From Amoebidium appalachense (taxonomy: Eukaryota > Protista > Ichthyosporea), in the NCBI GenBank assembly GCA_963693365.1, contig CAVNZM010000009.1, forward strand, positions 6,912,171-6,976,170: 64,000 nucleotides of DNA. Direction: 5' to 3'. The notes under the pieces were generated by a model, which saw nothing but the letters and a program-made list of their open reading frames with translations, did not search any database and was not told the origin of the DNA. A program made the translations under genes and the position numbers. This document shows, piece by piece, positions 58,407 through 64,000 of this stretch (positions within the stretch are counted from its first letter, which is position 1; each line of letters starts with the position of its first letter).

Positions 58407-59766
58407 CCAATGGAAGGGAGACACACACGCCGTTACGGGCCTCCAATTAAGCGCAGACGGTAGCTTCCTTCTTGCTGCCGGCAGAACGATAAAAGCATGG
58501 GACGTAGCTACCAAGAAAGCAACAAAGGTATGCGAAAGTTCACTTCCACACACATGTTTGCTCCTCTGAGACCATCATGCAGTGTGCTGGTTGTGGTGTT
58601 TCTCTTAATAGTTCCAAAGGTCACCCACCCCTCCTGACTGTGTGGTCTTGGGTGCGTCTGGGTGGGTCTGTGTCTGTGTCTGTGTTTGGGGGAGGGGGGG
58701 GAGGGGGGGGGGGGGGGGGTTGGATGTGGGTGTGTATGTGGTGGTGGGTGTGCGGGTGGTGGGCAGATAGGAGGGTGAATGGGAGGGGGGGGGGGGGGGG
58801 GGGGCACTGCGACTGTTTTCACTTGTAGTGAGGTGTTCTTTGTGTGTATTTGTTTGATTTCATGTTTGTTTACACTTTCACCGTTTCTGTTTGTGTGGAC
58901 ACACGGGTTTTGAGTGCATGGTTGCGCATGTACTTGCGATGGCTGCGAGGGGTGTGTGTTTTTTTTGGGGTGGGGTGGGGGGGGGGGGGGGGGGGGGGGG
59001 GTTGGCACACACGTGCACCACACAAGCACACACGCACACACACACATATACCTCCCCCCCTTCTCCCCCCCTCCCCCCTTCTCGCCCCTTCTCCCCCCTC
59101 CCCCATCCCCCATCCCAACCTCCCCTTCCCCCCGACTCGCTTCCATTCGTTCCTGTTCACCAAGCAAAACACTAACCGCATACCCTTTCAACCACATAAC
59201 AGAAATACACGGGCCACGAAAACCCCGTTTCGTGCATATCCTTCACCCCTAGCGAGGGCGGGTTTGTGACCATGGCAGCCGAGGATCGGTTTCTGTTTGT
59301 GTGGGAGTGTGGGGAGGATGCAAAGACAACGGCTGTAGCAAGTACGTGCATTCCCTTACATCCCCCCCCCCCCCCCCCCCCCCCCCCTTCCTTCCCCTCA
59401 CCTTCCAACACACACACACACACACACACACACACCTCCTCTTCCGTCCCCCACGCCTCCCCACCGTTCGTCAAGCCCACCCCCCCCCCCCCCCCCCCCT
59501 TTTGATAATCGTCTATGTTAGAGTGCCTCTCGACTTCACTGTTCACTTTACCTTCTGCGCCCGGCGGGGGAGGGAGGAGGGGGGGGGGGGGGGGGGGGGA
59601 AGAGGGAGGGAAGACTGAGAGTGAGTTGTGGGTATGACTTATGGTTGTCTGGGTGTGGGTATTTCTGTGGTTCCTTTTCTGGGCTTTTGTCCAATTGTGG
59701 CATGGAGGAGGTGGGGATGGAGGGAGGGGAAGGAGGGGCTGGGGGGGAGGGCAGGGGTGTGTGTGT

Positions 59767-59813
<47 letters not shown>

Positions 59814-59941
59814 ACCTGTGCAAGCACATGCGCGAGCGCATATGTACAGCTGCACATGCATGGGCCTACACAAACAAACCCATCACTCACTTACTATCAT
59901 ACACATTTATCCACTCACTCCCTAACACAAGCGCGCACACA

Positions 59942-59993
<52 letters not shown>

Positions 59994-60458
59994 CGCACAC
60001 ACGCACACACAGCTCTTAGCATGGAAGAGGCACCGGTAGCCATGACGACAGCAGAGGGAAAGGTTTGTCTCCATTCCCTCCACTACCTTCTGCCACCCTT
60101 CCTCACCCCTCTCTCACTTTCTCTCTTCCTCCCCCCCCCCCTTCCCCCCCGGCCACACACACCCGCCCCCACCCCTGCCCTCTACCCCGCATTACCCCTA
60201 CTTTAAACTTTTGCATGTGCCCTGCTATATCCCCCCTTGTGGCGTTGTTTCTTCTTGCTCACCTCTTATTTTACCCCCCCCCCCCCCCCCCCACAAAAAA
60301 AAAAAAAAAAAAAAAAAAGTTTTTCCGCTCCTCCCTTCTGCAATGTTCTTGCCCAAATCTGCTCTTTGATGCCCCCACCACCACCACCACACACACACAC
60401 ACATGTTACACCTTCCTCCCTCCCTTCCTTGCAATAGGCGCATCCATGTGTTTCAGAT

Positions 60459-60490
<32 letters not shown>

Positions 60491-60846
60491 TTACTCACGT
60501 ACGTGCACACACACAGGTATGCCGGGTGCTAGCTGTGACTGCTGGTGGTATCCTACACGTGTGGCAGCCAGACTTCGACAAGGCTAGGTCGGCTAAGAAG
60601 GCTAAGCCACTGGTGCCCGGTGCTACTATCACAGGTAGGGTGGGTGGTTTTCTAATTTTTTTATTTTTTATTTATTTTTTATTTTTTATTTTTTTTTGGG
60701 GGGGGGGGGGGGAGGCAAAAGCATTGGTTCCTGATGCTTTTATCACAAATGTGGATGGATGGGGTGGCAAGCTTGGTTTCTTTCTTTATTCCCTTTTTTT
60801 TGGGGGGGGGGGGGGGTTTGTTGCCGTGTGGAACTGGGGGGGGGGA

Positions 60847-60877
<31 letters not shown>

Positions 60878-61031
60878 TAAGGGTTTACTGGTTGGTTGGG
60901 GTGGGTGGTTAGTTTTTTTTGACAGGGGGGGGGGGGGGGGAGCGGGGCGGATCTTTTTTTTTCCCCTTCCTGTTTATTGGGTAGATGGAAGCGTGGGTGG
61001 GTGTACGTGCTAGGTGTGTGTGGTTTGCGTG

Positions 61032-61097
<66 letters not shown>

Positions 61098-61159
61098 TGT
61101 GTGTGTGTAGTTTTGCACCATTTCTGACACGTCCACACAAATGGTCTGCAGTGGCGGTG

Positions 61160-61192
<33 letters not shown>

Positions 61193-61561
61193 GGATATTT
61201 ATCGCAATATGTCTTACACGTCCACACACGTGTTTCACAGTGGTTGCTAAGGGAGACAAGAGCAAGTGGTTGCCGGTCATTGGTGCCACCTTTGCCGGAG
61301 AGCCATCTGCCCCCCAGGTAAAATATCATTATCATGGTATAACAGTATTGTGATAGAAATATTGAATTGATGACATTATCATTAAATGGTAGAAATATTG
61401 GTGATAAGAATATATGATATTAATACGCAAAGAGAGAATGGCAAAAAGGAGGTATTAGGGGGGTTACAAAAGGGGAAGGGGGGGGAGGGGGGGGGGGGGG
61501 GGGGGGGGGGAAGGCAGTGGTGGTAGTGATCGCCCCCCACCACTATCACCACGACCACCAC

Positions 61562-61594
<33 letters not shown>

Positions 61595-61770
61595 AAAACC
61601 CCCCAACGCATACACACGCATAACACAGAGACCCACAGGCACACATGCATACATGCACGTACACGTATCTACACACGTGCACATATGGAGACACGACTGC
61701 TTCCACACACAGGCACACAAGCATACTCGCCCACGAATGCACACGTGCAGGGTATTATCTTTCCTTTGTG

Positions 61771-61831
<61 letters not shown>

Positions 61832-62116
61832 GTATGCCGTTTTTTGGACAATTGTTTTCAGGAAGAAACATATGCATCGAACATAGAAGGTGTGTGCACT
61901 GTATATATGCAAGCGCTGAGCCTTTTGGGGTTGCAGGTCCTTTTGGTCAGGGGATCAATACTCAAGCCCGTGTTCGAGACTGTGGTATGTATCAATTCCC
62001 ATCCTATCCCCCCCTCCCCCCCCCCCCCCCCCCCCCTCCCCCCTCTCTCTCTCTCTTTCTCCCCCAGGGGCTTTACGCCTCCACACACACCAACACGCGC
62101 TCCTCTCCCTGTTACT

Positions 62117-62149
<33 letters not shown>

Positions 62150-63011
62150 CGCACACACGCACACTTGTAGACAGACACACATGCGCACACAGACACGACG
62201 GAATGGACAATTTCGTTTGGTCAGCCACCGTTCGGGAGCACATACACACACCACAGCTCCTGGGCCATACGTATAGCCATGTTTGCCATTGCAAAAATAA
62301 TGCATATACACATGCACGAGAACACGTGCGACATACACACACACGGAGACACACGCACACACATTTACAAATATGCAATCGCACACGCCACAAGGATGCA
62401 CACACACACACACACGTGCACACTCAAACACCCTCCCCTCAAAACTACCCAACTACATTCTTCCTTCCCGCTTCCCCCTCCCCCCCCCCCCCCCCCCCTC
62501 CCTCCCCTTCTTAACACCGCCACCTGTTCGCCCACCCACCACCCCTATTGAATTCACCCCTCCCTTTCCTTTTCCCCTCTGTAGGTTGAGAGGCTTTTTC
62601 TTGTGCTCTTGTGTCAATGGGACCTCCTCGCATATCCTAAAGCAAAGCTATTGTCAATGTGTTAGCCTATTCCCTAATTTGACCCCCACACAGAGCATTC
62701 TTGACGATGAGGGGGATGAACTGAAGTCTTCGATCGTTTTGGAAAGAGACCCATCTGCCGGCCTGCTCCTTGACAAGGAGTCGGAAACGGTAAAGACCCC
62801 TCCCCCCTATATTCCCGAAAAACCCCCCTCCCTCCCACCCACCCCCCCCCCAAACAGTTCAAGATTTGAAATGCTAAGGAGAACCTCAACTTGTGTTGCA
62901 GTGTTGTTCTGTTTTGCATGTCGACATTGCGCCATAGCTGTACTTCCCGCTGTGCTGCGTTTCTAAACCCACGTTATGCACTCGTACATTTCTCTCCCTC
63001 CCTCCCTCCCT

Positions 63012-63092
<81 letters not shown>

Positions 63093-63113
63093 CCCCCTTC
63101 CTCTCCCCCCCCT

Positions 63114-63144
<31 letters not shown>

Positions 63145-63259
63145 CTCCACCCCCGTCTCACCCCCGGGAGCCTGACCTGAACCAACACATGCACGCACGC
63201 ACCCACCTACACAAGTACACACACGCACGTACGTACACGTACATATACACACGTACACA

Positions 63260-63319
<60 letters not shown>

Positions 63320-63644
63320 CCCACACACAGAAACGGCCCAAGGGCCAGCGTGAGGATGTCAAGGTTATTGGTGCCGGGGACATGGCACTGCCCACAGCCG
63401 CCACCACCGACAGACCCAAAAAGAAACAGCAAGACCACACGGCAGAGGTGACAAACCCCCATTTCGCCCCCCCCTCCTCCCTTTCAACCTGTCTCCTCTT
63501 CCTCTTCCTCAACCTTTCCTCCTTCCCGCTTCCCTTTCTCCATCCCTGCCTCTCTTACTTTCTCTCTCCTCTGTCTGTCTGTCTCTCTCTTCTCTCTCTC
63601 TCTCTCTATCTCTCTCTATATATCTCTGTCTCCCCCCCCCCCCC

Positions 63645-63675
<31 letters not shown>

Positions 63676-64000
63676 CACTACCAGCAGGAGCACCCACCTT
63701 TCTCTCTCTCCCTCTCTCTCTCTCCCTCTCTCCCTCCCCCCCCCCCCCCCCCCCCCCCCCAGTCTCTCCCACGCGTTGCTATCTTATGCTTTACGGTCTT
63801 CTGTCGTTTCCATATCCTTATGTTCAGTAATTAATCCGACCCCCCTTTTTATCCAGGGCCTTCTACATTCCTTGCTTCTCTCCCGTTTTATCTTCTGCAT
63901 TCCTGACATTCCTTTTGCATTCCACCGCAGATGACGATCGAGGAGCGATTGGCGCAGATGGCTGCAGCCAATGGGGTTGTCGAATCAACGGTGGATGGTG
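56284..64000 (+). CDS. WDR43: WD40-repeat protein WDR43/Utp5, 5' part (at least 11 exons; apparent -1 frameshift in G6 at 57351-57356)
   Basis: Exons 56284-56454, 57258-57492, 58407-58527, 59203-59341, 60013-60062, 60517-60634, 61241-61317, 61937-61984, 62694-62789, 63331-63447, 63931->64000. Motifs SADGRLRVWET, HLSDTFTCLAW, ALGTTTGKIVVYS, AGRTIKAWD, YTGHENPV, LKPVFE, TIEERL. Confidence 0.88.

Overview
Eukaryotic genomic DNA with GT-AG spliceosomal introns filled with poly(C)/poly(G), (CA)n/(TG)n and (CT)n/(GA)n tracts. Almost all ORFs in the supplied track are microsatellite artefacts. The proteins look opisthokont-like, possibly a unicellular holozoan (inference only). Genes rebuilt by hand: an intronless secreted pectinacetylesterase/Notum-family hydrolase with one homopolymer frameshift; a coiled-coil protein; an 8-exon proteasome beta-6 (PSMB1); a tandem family of F-box-like proteins with an unrecognised Cys/His/Trp-rich domain; a TRIM-like RING/B-box/coiled-coil gene; an 8-exon bacterial-type AlkD DNA glycosylase with an RRSxRL N-terminal tail; a 50-aa Cys-rich CaaX protein; the 5' part of WDR43/Utp5; and several decayed genes. 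Mobile DNA: a young, intact Ty1/Copia element (766-bp LTRs) inserted in a poly(C) tract, two other LTR families whose ends also abut homopolymer runs, and four small MITE-like elements, two with TTAA/Kolobok-type ends. The most system-like signals are (i) a stereotyped intron layout, GT + poly(C) ... branch point ... (CA)n-AG, often lacking a polypyrimidine tract; (ii) possible homopolymer targeting by LTR elements; (iii) a fast-turnover cluster of putative ubiquitin-ligase genes.
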